This document shows, in pieces, positions 1-12,608 of a stretch of DNA of 55,960 nt. Both the position numbers and the translations under genes were made by a program. The notes under the pieces are model-generated. The model was not told the origin of the DNA. It did not search any database and worked only from the letters and a program-made list of their open reading frames with translations. Source of the DNA: Octopus bimaculoides (lineage: Eukaryota); assembly GCF_001194135.2 (NCBI RefSeq), contig NC_068983.1:158711548-158767507 (forward strand). Reading direction: 5' to 3'. Every line of letters begins with the position of its first letter. Positions within the stretch are counted from its first letter, which is position 1.

Positions 1-19
1 AGATAGATAGATAGATACA

Positions 20-350
20 TTTTTTTTATTAGCCACACAGGGCTCAACGAAGATGGGACAAATACAATGTAGAGCTTTTCTTTTTGGGAGGGGGAAGGAA
101 AAAAAAGGGGGGGGTCGATCAAAAGGGATCGTAGGAAGGAAAAGGGGGTAGTTCGATCAAAAGGGGTCAAAAAAAAAAAAATAGATAGATAGATAGATAG
201 ATAGATACATATATACACACATATATACAGAGAGAGAGGGGGGAGAGAAAAAAGAAATGATATTAAAGAACAAGTGTCGTGTATCCAGTATGTTCCTCGA
301 TCCCCAGGGGTTTTCGGCAGTCAAGGTTAAGTACCCCAGCTCTATTACAT
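20..350 (-). mobile_element. LINE 3' UTR remnant with poly(A), embedded in (AGAT)n
   Basis: Minus strand ends ...gccctgtgtggctaataaaaaaaa; a similar terminus (gcccttgtggctaataaaag) lies near 33385. Confidence 0.35.
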
Positions 351-586
351 ATATTATGTTCTTTATATTTACTAATTTGTATGTATGTATGCTTCAATGC
401 ATATATGTATGTGTATATACGCATCTATGAATTAGTGTACGTATGTGTGCATGTTTAATGTACACATGTGTGCATGTTTATACACAATGTATATGATATA
501 CATGTGTGTGTAAATATATACATGAATAATAAATTATAATACATATATACATATCTGTATACACACACATGCACACACACATACAT

Positions 587-677
<91 letters not shown>

Positions 678-836
678 CTGTGTGTATCTCAAATATAACC
701 ACATCGTGTATCTTTTCAATACTCTGGCTAGATGTATGCCGTGTATATCCTACATGTGTGTGTATATATGCATGTATACACACACAATATATTCAAATAC
801 GTGTGGATATATGTGTATGTGTGTGTGTGTACGTAC

Positions 837-872
<36 letters not shown>

Positions 873-1209
873 TGTTGTTTAGTCACATGTCTGCTGTGAT
901 TGAGTGGATCCATGAATCAGAAACTTCTAGTCGAGACAACCTTATTTTTCTATATCAGGGACTACATTTTTCAGTTGTATAGTGCGATTTGTAAGAGATT
1001 CTATTGCTATTTCTGGCCAGTCGAGAAATCATCAGTTAGAGACAGTCTTTATACATGCAAAAATATATTTGTATGTATTTGTAAGTATATATACGTATAA
1101 ATAAATACACCGACACACAGAGATATGCATACATACATACATACATATGTACATAGGTACATACATACATACATACATACATATGTATATATGTTAAAGT
1201 CTGTCATAC

Positions 1210-1251
1210 AGGCCATGACGAAGGGAAATAGCCCTGAAACTCGAGTCGCCT
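1210..1251 (+). ncRNA. Minimal type-I hammerhead ribozyme motif (Penelope-type)
   Basis: AGGC-CATGACGA-AGGG-aaatag-CCCT-GAAAC-tcga-GTC^GCCT. All three stems pair and stem III is palindromic (ACTCGAGT); there is one extra A in the CUGANGA box. Confidence 0.65.
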
Positions 1252-2357
1252 TTATATATATATATTTATATTTATATATTTATATATTTGATCCTTTATA
1301 TTGAACACTCAATATTTCATCTACATTCAATACTTTCTTTCATGGTGCCATCCATTTTTATTTTATTTTATTTTATATTGTATATTGTATATCATATTAT
1401 ATATTGTATATTCCATATTCTATACCCCACATTAGTTCTGCAGGAATATAAATAAAACATAAAAAACAGACAGTGTTGGAACTCTTTTAAGCAAAATTAT
1501 ANNNNNNNNNNNNNNNNNNNNNNNNNNNNNNNNNNNNNNNNNNNNNNNNNNNNNNNNNNNNNNNNNNNNNNNNNNNNNNNNNNNNNNNNNNNNNNNNNNN
1601 NNNNNNNNNNNNNNNNNNNNNNNNNNNNNNNNNNNNNNNNNNNNNNNNNNNNNNNNNNNNNNNNNNNNNNNNNNNNNNNNNNNNNNNNNNNNNNNNNNNN
1701 NNNNNNNNNNNNNNNNNNNNNNNNNNNNNNNNNNNNNNNNNNNNNNNNNNNNNNNNNNNNNNNNNNNNNNNNNNNNNNNNNNNNNNNNNNNNNNNNNNNN
1801 NNNNNNNNNNNNNNNNNNNNNNNNNNNNNNNNNNNNNNNNNNNNNNNNNNNNNNNNNNNNNNNNNNNNNNNNNNNNNNNNNNNNNNNNNNNNNNNNNNNN
1901 NNNNNNNNNNNNNNNNNNNNNNNNNNNNNNNNNNNNNNNNNNNNNNNNNNNNNNNNNNNNNNNNNNNNNNNNNNNNNNNNNNNNNNNNNNNNNNNNNNNN
2001 NNNNNNNNNNNNNNNNNNNNNNNNNNNNNNNNNNNNNNNNNNNNNNNNNNNNNNNNNNNNNNNNNNNNNNNNNNNNNNNNNNNNNNNNNNNNNNNNNNNN
2101 NNNNNNNNNNNNNNNNNNNNNNNNNNNNNNNNNNNNNNNNNNNNNNNNNNNNNNNNNNNNNNNNNNNNNNNNNNNNNNNNNNNNNNNNNNNNNNNNNNNN
2201 NNNNNNNNNNNNNNNNNNNNNNNNNNNNNNNNNNNNNNNNNNNNNNNNNNNNNNNNNNNNNNNNNNNNNNNNNNNNNNNNNNNNNNNNNNNNNNNNNNTA
2301 TATACACGCAGTATATATATTGCTGGTAGGGACACCGTATTTCGTTTTGCTTACATA

Positions 2358-2416
<59 letters not shown>

Positions 2417-2649
2417 GCGCGCACATACAGTATATATATTGCTGGTAGGGACACCCTATTTTGTTTTGCAACCATAATATACTGTTCAGTATATTATAGG
2501 TTTATAAGTCAATACTGTGCCCTATTATTGTGTTAGCAGCGTGTTGTTTTCATTTTAAGTTTATCTCTACAGATTTTCCTTAGAATTTAAGAGCCAGACT
2601 AGAATTCTGTACATGTATGTATGTATGTATGTATGTATGTATGTATGTA

Positions 2650-3425
2650 TGTCATTTTTCACTTTTATTTTAAGATTTCTTGCCAATAGAGAAAGAGCCG
2701 GTTTCTAAACTAGATTCATGACTCCTACAATGGAATTTTAATATCAACAACGGGGTATGTATGTATGTATGTATGTATGTGTGTATGTATGTATGTATGT
2801 ATGTATGTATGTATGTATGTGTGTGTGTAATTGTTCAGTTTTATTTCAAGATTTCTTGTCAATAGAGACAGAGCCGGTTTCTAACCTAGATCCAAGGTTC
2901 CTTCATTGGAATTTCAACATCAGCAACAGGGTATGTTTTTATGTATGTATGTATGTATGAATGTATGTATACATACTGATTTATATATTTTGCTTTATGC
3001 ATGTATTCTTATGCATACAGTTGCATATATACACATGCTCATACATAATTTGGAAAGTTTTACAGATTTTTACAGTTCCAGTAATGGACTGGATCTGTAA
3101 TCTTCGAATTAGCTTTTTCCTTTCTGGTTTTGAGACACCTAATTTCTCAAGATTGCTATTTAAGCAGTGTGTTACATATACCAGGGCCCCAATAATTACA
3201 GGTATAAACCTGAACTTGTAACCTGGATAGAGTAACTGCAGATTTCTCAATAGTTCAGCGTAGGTGCTCTCTTTTTCACTGATCTTCCGCTTTATGTTAA
3301 CATCCGCTGGGCAGCTAATTTCCACAACTGTACACAGTTTCACTTCTCTATCCAAAATCATTATATCAGGTCTGTTGCGCTTACATTTTATTGAAGTCTT
3401 CACTGGGATATTCCACCAGTACTCC
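2650..3425 (-). mobile_element. RLE (R4-like) non-LTR retrotransposon 3' fragment, (CATA)n-associated family, with a duplicated 3' UTR
   Basis: ORF 2981-3403 NRPDIMILD..CTVVEISCP..IPVIIGAL is a PD-(D/E)xK restriction-like endonuclease. 3' UTR copies at about 2652-2757 and 2830-2940. Confidence 0.85.
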
Positions 3426-3504
3426 TATGTATGTATGTATGTATGTATGTATGTATGTATGTATGTATGTATGTATGTATGTATGTATGTATGTATGTAT
3501 GTGT

Positions 3505-3965
3505 ATGGTAAACAACTTGATGTGGTTGATCAGTGTGTCTACCTGGGAAGCACTGTTAATAGATATAGCAATTTGGATAATGAAATTCCATACAGAATTA
3601 GGAAAGCAAGTGATGCTTTCGGAAGGCTAGAAATATGCCTCTGGAGTTGGCAAGACATATGCAGGAAGACAAAGATAAAGGTGTACAAGGCATGTGTGCT
3701 CTCTTCTCTTCTTTATGCCTGCGAGGCGTGGGTCACATATCGGTACCACCTTAAACAACTGGAACGTTTCCATCAGATGTGTCTCAGGCGGATCTATGGC
3801 ATTAAATGGGAGGATCACATCAGTGATCTTGAAATATTGGAAAGCTCTCGGTATGAAAGTATAGAAGCTCTTGTGTTAAAGCAAAGGCTCAGATGGAGTG
3901 GTCATCTGATCAGGATGAAGGATTCAAGGATGCCAAAACAACTCTTTTATGGAGAGTTAGCTAAA
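3505..3965 (+). mobile_element. RTE-clade LINE fragment (RT C-terminal/thumb region)
   Basis: YLGSTV..EI..RIRKASDAFGRL..TKIKVYKACVLSSLLYACEAW..RLRWSGHLIRMKDSRMPKQLFYGEL. Confidence 0.9.
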
Positions 3966-3967
3966 GA

Positions 3968-4059
3968 AGCTAGTTGATTAGCTAGCTAGTTGATTAGCTA
4001 GCTAGTTGATTAGCTAGCTAGTTGATTAGCTAGCTAGTTGATTAGCTAGCTAGTTGATT
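3968..4059. repeat. 16-bp tandem repeat (GCTAGCTAGTTGATTA), about 5.8 copies
   Basis: Perfect copies read directly from the sequence. Confidence 0.95.
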
Positions 4060-4334
4060 TCTTTCCATGCAAGACGTAGATCTTCCAGATTCTCACTTCA
4101 ACATTTACTCACATAACCAAGTGCAACAATTATTAATGATATAAAAGTGAATTCAAAACCTAGATATAGAAACTGAGTGTCTGGAAGTAGTTTTCTGTAA
4201 TTATTCTCTTTCTCTTTGATTTTCGAAGATATTCACATCAGCAGAACAACTAACCTCTATGTTGGCGCATACTTTTTTTGTTTAATCCAAGCAACGATAT
4301 CTGGCGTATTGTACTCGCACATATACATAATTAC

Positions 4335-5785
4335 GTATGTGTGTCATTGTTCAGTTTTATTTCAAGATTTCTTGCCAGTAGAGAAAGAGCCGGTTTCTAA
4401 CTTAGATTCAAGATTCCTTCATTGGGATTTCAGCATCAACAACAGGGTATTTTTGTTTGTATGTATGATGTGTATGAATACATGGAGGTTTGTTTGTTTT
4501 GCTTTATGTATTACATCAGATCTGTTGTGCCTGCATTTTATTGAGGTCTTCACTGGGACATTCCACCAGTACTCTTTTTTACTATGAGTGTCTATAGATT
4601 CCACCATACTGTGGGTTCTTATTTCTTTGTCCTCGGGGTTATCCTTCCGACGGATTTCATTATTGAGTGTCCTAACAACAACATCATGTCTCATCGGTAG
4701 ATAATACCGTGGTGTCATTTTCGGACAACCGCCTATGAGGTGCGTGATATCTACGGTGTCTGCATCGGTTGTCCACAAAGTCTGCATCGGTTGTCACATT
4801 TTGCTGCTTTTCCGCATCTCTATCCCTTTTGTGCATCAGGTACTTGGTTGATATTTCCTGTTCCTGGATTGCAAACGTATACCCTTCAAAGTGAACAGTA
4901 GTAATCCGACTATTGGGCCATGATAAATTGCTTTGATGATCGATGTTACTATCATCTTGGAGCCTTCTACTAACATATCTATGCATAGTCTTTTGCTCGT
5001 ATAGGCTTATCCTTTCATCTGATGATACGTTGCGGTAGAGTCGTGCAACTTCTTTGGGCATGTATTCTAGGTTATCAGAGAAAGAATGTTGCTCAGGGAG
5101 CTACCTTCCAAGTCTTATCATGTTATCATGTTATCAGCCTCATGTATGCAAACTTGGTCAAGTGATGCACTTCGACAATTGGTGATTAAAAGATGTTGCC
5201 GAAGGGATATGATGCGACATTCAAGGGCATTTTAAATCGATGTTAAACTTCTGACGCTTTGTTTTCGTTTTAGGTAGAGGCAGTCTACGTACTGTTTATG
5301 TGGAAAATATGTGTGCTTGTTAGTATTTTTCGGGTCTCCACATCAATGGCTCGGATCTCATCAAGGGTCCAATCAAGCAGCCTAAATGTTGATATGACTA
5401 CTGGCACTGCAAACACATTGTGGTCCACTGTTTTATTGAATGTAGAGAGTTCTGGGGTTCAAATTTTCTTTATTCGGTTGTAAGATTCTTTAGTGACACG
5501 TGTTTTGTTACAGGTGTCATTGTAAGATATGTTTCAACCACCCCTAGATACCTGTAACATTCCTCGTCAGATAAAGGGGAAACAGTCAAATCATTGATGA
5601 AAATGTTATTAGTCTGGTTTATAGTTTTCCCCCTTTTCACAACCCGATAACAACATTTATCCTGACCAAACTCCAACCCTACATCCTTTGAAAATGTAAC
5701 TTGGTGAAGGCTCTTATTCATCTCATGCATAATCTTTGCATAAAGTTTTAAGTTATTCACAAAGAAACAGTGTTATTTTGATACA
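4335..5785 (-). mobile_element. 5'-truncated RLE retrotransposon, (CATA)n-associated family, with RLE domain internally deleted
   Basis: RT end (FSKDVGLEFGQDKC..YRYLG), EGYTFAIQEQEI, Zn-knuckle remnant (THLIGGCPK..RHDVVV); jumps near 4505 to the same 3' UTR as 2830-2940. Confidence 0.85.
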
Positions 5786-6899
5786 TATGTATGTATGTAT
5801 GTATGTATATATGTATGTATGTATGTATGTATCTATGCATGTATGTATGTATGTTTGTATGTATGTACGTACGTATGTATGTATGTACGTACGTATGTAT
5901 GTATGTATATGTATGCACGTATGCATGTGTGTATGCGCTTACAAACAATAGAGAAAAGGCACTCAATACAAAGCAGAATTTAAATATTTATTGTAGTACT
6001 GACGATAATCTTTGTTGCTGCTCGGAGTTGCATGCTTACCACGTACTGAGTAATTAAGTTATGACACATGACACATAAAACATTAACATAATATGAATAT
6101 ATTATTAATAATCCTTTCTACTATAGGCACAAGGCTAGAAATTTGGAGATAAAGGCTAGTCGATTACATCGAGCCAAGTACTCAACTTTTACTTATTTTA
6201 TTTCATCTCGATCTCTCACTCAATACACAATTAGGTTTGGATAAGTCAAGCACCGTTCACTTCAGATTCCTCCATTCAGACATTTCAGAAAATAGTTGAA
6301 TGATTATTTTCTTACAGCCATTTGAAGAATAATTATTGAACAGTTTTGCTATGAATGAAGAACGTTTATTTTCACAAAGTCAAGATGCAGACAAAGCGTT
6401 CTATTACTGACTTTTTTTTAACTCGATCTCATACCCAATACACTTATTTTCTCTTGCTCTTTCCCTCTGTCTATCTGTCTGTCTGTATGTCTTTCTGTCT
6501 GCTTGTCTGTCTGTCTGTATGTTTGTCTTTCTGTCTGTCTGTATGCATGTATGTATGTATGTATGTATGTATGTATGTATGTGTGAAAGAAAATGAGGAA
6601 TCTCTGTTCTTTAAAGTTTTAAGAAAAGTTAGGTATAAATATTCGTTTGTTTTTGTTTAAGTTTACAAAGTTACTTTCTTTTAACGGCCTCAGATATTCA
6701 GTTGTTTGTTGCTCTTATTAAAGTTGAAGTCAGTAAAGCTTTCTGATGTCCAAAGTCAATTTACTCTAAGCAAGGGGATCTCACAGGCATCCTGAATTAC
6801 GAAAATGTTAAATTCCCTAAAAATATTGTATACACAGACGTTGTTTCATTGTCAGAATTTCCTGTTTGAGTGGTCTGTTGCGTATAATGTTGTATTTTT

Positions 6900-7220
6900 C
6901 TTTTAGATTCAAGTCCTCTTACGCTGCTTAGCACAATGGCCGGCAAGCTTCCAACGCCAGGGTCGGTTTGCTGCCACTCGTGCACATCCATTCCACATAA
7001 TGTTGACAGCCTTCAGGTCATCTTGAGATATCCATCTCCAAGCAATCTTCGGTCTGTCCCCTTTACGCCTAGCGTCAGGTGGTACCCATCTTATGGTTGT
7101 TTTTTAGTGTCATTGATCAGATAGACGTAGAACATGGTCAGCTAGCTGGAATTGGCGCTCTGCTACAATCTGTCGCAGTGGTCATGACCTCGCTCTTTTC
7201 AGAATCTTATTTGTGACACT
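6900..7220 (-). mobile_element. RTE LINE 3' end
   Basis: Minus-strand translation VTNKILKRA..LADHVLRL..RWVPPDARRKGDRPKIAW..DDL..AANRPWRW. Confidence 0.75.
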
Positions 7221-7499
7221 TTTATGTTTTTGTAAACACACTATCATTATGTTTAATTCAATTTTTGCAACTATCGTTATAATCTTAGAATGCTATCATT
7301 TTTCTGTAATACAGCTCACTATATGTATATCATCATTTTCGACCGGGTTGCATACACTATTACATTGACGAATTACTAGTAATATTTAACGATTAGATGT
7401 AAAGTTCAGTTTTTCGGTAATAAAATTATCAACAGTTACACCTGCCGTTTTGAAGCGATGTACCATTGACAGCAGAAAACGATGAAGATCTACAAGAGT

Positions 7500-7912
7500 T
7501 GACAGTATAAATGCAACAAAATGGGAAGAAGATCGGGCTAAGGCTGTGCACATAGAAAATGAAAGTAATGAAGGTGGATAGTACTAAATAGCTACTAAGG
7601 TCAACTAGCATAAGATGGAAGAAGTGAACCAATTTACCTATATGGTCAGTGATGTAAGTAACACTGGCGATGTGGAGCTGGTTATAGATTGCAGGATTTG
7701 TAAGGCGGCAACAGTGTTCCAGCAAATGTGTTCCATCTGGACGGCCTCAAACATCAGCAATGATGTGAAATTTCATCTATACAACTCCATCGTTCTGCCA
7801 ACTACAACATATGCTAGTGAAACTTGAAAGAAAGAGCACAGTAAGGACTTGCAGAAAACTAAATGTATTTATTCCATCAAAGTTACCTCAAAGTGGCAAG
7901 ACAGTGTCACAA
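7500..7912 (+). mobile_element. RTE LINE fragment (RT thumb), inverted relative to 6900-7220
   Basis: EEVNQFTYM..RICKAATVFQQM..KFHLYNSIVLPTTTYASET..WQDSVT. Confidence 0.8.
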
Positions 7913-10344
7913 CTAATGCTATACATACAAATAAAAACAGTTACAAACTAATATGTGATTTGATCTAATAAACGCTTCTTTTATTCTTTTTATTTCAAAG
8001 CACAGAATTTTGTCAGTGAACAGGTCGCGGTCTCAAAGCTACGAAAATATTTTGACAAATTAAATTTAAATGTTGAAGTGAATCTAACGGATTTTGTGTG
8101 TTATTTTAAATGGCTTAGAAACACCTTCCACGCTGCAATGATTTTTTTATCTGTTTTTACTTAATTTCTTTGTTGAAGATATACCAATATTGATTTCAAA
8201 TTTTGGCACAAAGCCATCAAGTTCGGGGAAGGAGATAAGCCCATTACATCAATCCCAGTGCTCAACTGGTATTCTTTTTCATCGATCCCGAAAGGATGAA
8301 AGACANNNNNNNNNNNNNNNNNNNNNNNNNNNNNNNNNNNNNNNNNNNNNNNNNNNNNNNNNNNNNNNNNNNNNNNNNNNNNNNNNNNNNNNNNNNNNNN
8401 NNNNNNNNNNNNNNNNNNNNNNNNNNNNNNNNNNNNNNNNNNNNNNNNNNNNNNNNNNNNNNNNNNNNNNNNNNNNNNNNNNNNNNNNNNNNNNNNNNNN
8501 NNNNNNNNNNNNNNNNNNNNNNNNNNNNNNNNNNNNNNNNNNNNNNNNNNNNNNNNNNNNNNNNNNNNNNNNNNNNNNNNNNNNNNNNNNNNNNNNNNNN
8601 NNNNNNNNNNNNNNNNNNNNNNNNNNNNNNNNNNNNNNNNNNNNNNNNNNNNNNNNNNNNNNNNNNNNNNNNNNNNNNNNNNNNNNNNNNNNNNNNNNNN
8701 NNNNNNNNNNNNNNNNNNNNNNNNNNNNNNNNNNNNNNNNNNNNNNNNNNNNNNNNNNNNNNNNNNNNNNNNNNNNNNNNNNNNNNNNNNNNNNNNNNNN
8801 NNNNNNNNNNNNNNNNNNNNNNNNNNNNNNNNNNNNNNNNNNNNNNNNNNNNNNNNNNNNNNNNNNNNNNNNNNNNNNNNNNNNNNNNNNNNNNNNNNNN
8901 NNNNNNNNNNNNNNNNNNNNNNNNNNNNNNNNNNNNNNNNNNNNNNNNNNNNNNNNNNNNNNNNNNNNNNNNNNNNNNNNNNNNNNNNNNNNNNNNNNNN
9001 NNNNNNNNNNNNNNNNNNNNNNNNNNNNNNNNNNNNNNNNNNNNNNNNNNNNNNNNNNNNNNNNNNNNNNNNNNNNNNNNNNNNNNNNNNNNNNNNNNNN
9101 NNNNNNNNNNNNNNNNNNNNNNNNNNNNNNNNNNNNNNNNNNNNNNNNNNNNNNNNNNNNNNNNNNNNNNNNNNNNNNNNNNNNNNNNNNNNNNNNNNNN
9201 NNNNNNNNNNNNNNNNNNNNNNNNNNNNNNNNNNNNNNNNNNNNNNNNNNNNNNNNNNNNNNNNNNNNNNNNNNNNNNNNNNNNNNNNNNTGTATGTATG
9301 TATGTATGTATGTATGCATGCATGTATGTATGCATGTATATATGCATGTATAGATGTATGTATGTATGCATGTATGTATGTATGCATGTATGTATGCATG
9401 CATGTATGCATGTATGTATGTATATGGGTGAGGAACATGTTTGTCTTATTTGTACACATTCACACACACACACACACACGCAAATTCGAAATTAGAAATT
9501 ATAAAACGAAAGATTTTGAAAGCTCTATTCGTTATTATCTTAGCCTTAGTATATGTGTATGCGTGTGTGTGTATGTATATGCACATATACATATACATAC
9601 ATACATACATACATATATAAGCACACACACACACACAAGCATACACACTCGCACACACGAAAGGGGAGATGCAAAAATACAGGTTACAATATTTATTTAA
9701 CTGTAAACTAAAAACACATTCTTTGCCCCGCCCCCCCCCACCTTATACAAACCTCTTTTGTTCATTATTCTCTCACTGGTTTCACTCATTAACTTGCAAC
9801 CCTGCTTGGGAGTACCGTCGTTAAGTGTTCTAGATCCTTGTTTCTCGTAGGAGTGGTTAGTGTCCTATAGGGTGACACCGTGATCACTATAGAATAATAA
9901 GACACATAACCACGTTTAAGTAAAGTTAATATGGTTAAAACTACAAGGTCATCATCGATTTTCCGCAACTTTTGATTTCATAGCCTTTCCGTATTATGGA
10001 TTTTCCAAACTAGGGGTGGTCACCTTGATCAATAGACTCTAAATTAAACAATTATTAATCTCAAATAATTAAATGAAATATATGTGCCTGTACATAAGCA
10101 TCGATGATATAAGTCTATTAATATGCACTGTGCAAGGTACCAGTTCCTGCAAGGTACCAGTTCCTGCAAGGTACCAATAAGCTGGTCAAGGTTGTGGGAA
10201 TTCGAAGTTCCTGCTAGTAAATTAGTGTTGTACCTGTATTAAATTCATATCTTGACGAAGAAAGGGCTAAATGAATGCAAATTATAATGTCTTCTCAGTG
10301 ATTAAGAGCAGGTGATATGGAGGAGGGGTAATGAATTTCACGAA

Positions 10345-10510
10345 TATTCTTTTCTACTCAAGGCACAAGGCCCGAAACCTTTGGGGAGTGGGGTCAGTCA
10401 GTCGATTAGATCTACCTCAGTATGCAACTGGTACTTAATTTATCGACCCCGAAAGGATGAAAGGCAAAGTCGACCTCGGCGAAATTTGAACTCAGAACGT
10501 AAAGACAGAA
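10345..10510 (-). mobile_element. tRNA-derived SINE family A (partial)
   Basis: B-box gagttcaaatt and body tttcatcctttcggggtcgataa..aagtaccagtt shared with more than 10 copies in the window; partial copies also at about 6110-6215 and 8185-8305. Confidence 0.8.
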
Positions 10511-11142
10511 TTTCACGAATATTGGGGAGGGGGATAGGTGGTATGGCATACTTACACACAACTTTGGTTCTTCATAACTTTCAGAAAAATAAGCATTTGT
10601 AACGAAATTTCTACAAGTATCTTTCAGATCTTGTAGTTTACGATTCTAACGAAAATAATATCAAAAAAAGANNNNNNNNNNNNNNNNNNNNNNNNNNNNN
10701 NNNNNNNNNNNNNNNNNNNNNNNNNNNNNNNNNNNNNNNNNNNNNNNNNNNNNNNNNNNNNNNNNNNNNNNNNNNNNNNNNNNNNNNNNNNNNNNNNNNN
10801 NNNNNNNNNNNNNNNNNNNNNNNNNNNNNNNNNNNNNNNNNNNNNNNNNNNNNNNNNNNNNNNNNNNNNNNNNNNNNNNNNNNNNNNNNNNNNNNNNNNN
10901 NNNNNNNNNNNNNNNNNNNNNNNNNNNNNNNNNNNNNNNNNNNNNNNNNNNNNNNNNNNNNNNNNNNNNNNNNNNNNNNNNNNNNNNNNNNNNNNNNNNN
11001 NNNNNNNNNNNNNNNNNNNNNNNNNNNNNNNNNNNNNNNNNNNNNNNNNNNNNNNNNNNNNNNNNNNNNNNNNNCACACACACACACACATACACACACA
11101 CACACACGCACGCACTCACACACGCACTGACACTCACACACG

Positions 11143-11193
<51 letters not shown>

Positions 11194-12344
11194 ACATGTG
11201 ATGTGCGTCAGTATGTATTGTGCACGTGCTCCCTTGTTTTTACTTTAAATTCCGATACAGTCGTAATCTACTCTAGCTGAAAGGTATTTCTAGATAATTT
11301 AATTAAATGTATATCCATTTTTCTGTAAAACCATGAGAAAACTAAGTCGGGGGAGGGCACCTTTGTCTAGGTGTGCTGCTGGTATTTGTCAGTTTGAGGA
11401 GGGTTGGGTTTAAGCTACCAGTAGTTAGTCCAGTCTTTTACCGACATTTATTTGTGGAACCGCTAAATTTCGGAGCATAATGCGGCACAACATAAGTTAC
11501 ATGCATATAAAATATGCGGGCGCGCATTTGGTCACCCAGAGGTTGTAATAGAAGATACTTACCCTAATGTACACCACAATGGGATCGAACCTGGAATCAC
11601 ATGCTTATGAGATAGTTATCTTCACCACACAGTTATGCTTTTGTTATAAGTTAGCATCATTAATTAAATAAAACTGTGCCCAATCAACAAGGACCTGCCA
11701 AACTGTGAGTAACAAAGATGAGTAATTGCAGCATTTATATATATAAACGTGTAAATATTTAAATATACACACATATATACACACGTGCAAGCACATACAC
11801 ATTTATGTATGGGTAAGTATTCGCGAGCGCGCATGTATATAAACGAGTGTATGTATATGCAGATGTTAGATAAAAAAAATTCGGATTACTTTGTTATTAG
11901 AGAAGTCCTTTCTTTACATTACAAACCTATGAAGTTGAAATCTTACAAACGGATCAGACAAAATGGGACGTATCTTACTGTCCTACTCCTCCCACTTTCT
12001 TAGTTACTACCTGTACTGGCGTGCTGGAGAGGTATATGGGAAGTAGAACACGTTGATCTAATTTTAAGCTCCTCCCTATACATTATCAATATATTGCTAG
12101 ATGTTGTGACCATTACATATTAATTAGGCAGTCTGTAGATATAGCTGTGTCCGTTTTCAATGACAGGCTAAAATTAAGTGCAACTGCTCCACATACATAC
12201 TGCGAATATTGATTTCTTAGGCATGAATTTAGTCGATTAATTTACATATTCTTTTGTTCTTTTAGCTGTTTCAGTAATTTGACTGCGGCCATGCTGGAGC
12301 ACCGCCTTGAATGGTTTTCGGCGAATGAATCGACTCCAGGGCTT

Positions 12345-12529
12345 ATTTTTAAATACAGTTCTATATTTAAGAGATGAGGAATTATGTACATTATTTACGT
12401 TTGACGGATATTTGTCCTCATCTTGTTTGTTGTTAACACAACGTTTCGGCTGATATACCCTCCAGCCTTCATTAGGTGTCTTGGGGAAATTTCGAACCTG
12501 GGTTCTCATTCCTAAGGTATTTTTCGATG

Positions 12530-12530
<1 letters not shown>
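12345..12530 (-). mobile_element. Penelope-like element terminal (pLTR) fragment carrying a hammerhead motif
   Basis: Near-identical to 30926-31045, which abuts a GIY-YIG ORF. Confidence 0.75.
12435..12480 (-). ncRNA. Minimal hammerhead ribozyme with a G5A core lesion
   Basis: GACAC-CTAATGA-A-GGCTG-gagggtatat-CAGCC-GAAAC-GTT^GTGTT; the paralogue at about 31000 has an intact CTGATGA. Confidence 0.7.
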
Positions 12531-12596
<66 letters not shown>

Positions 12597-12608
12597 ATTA
12601 TTATTATT

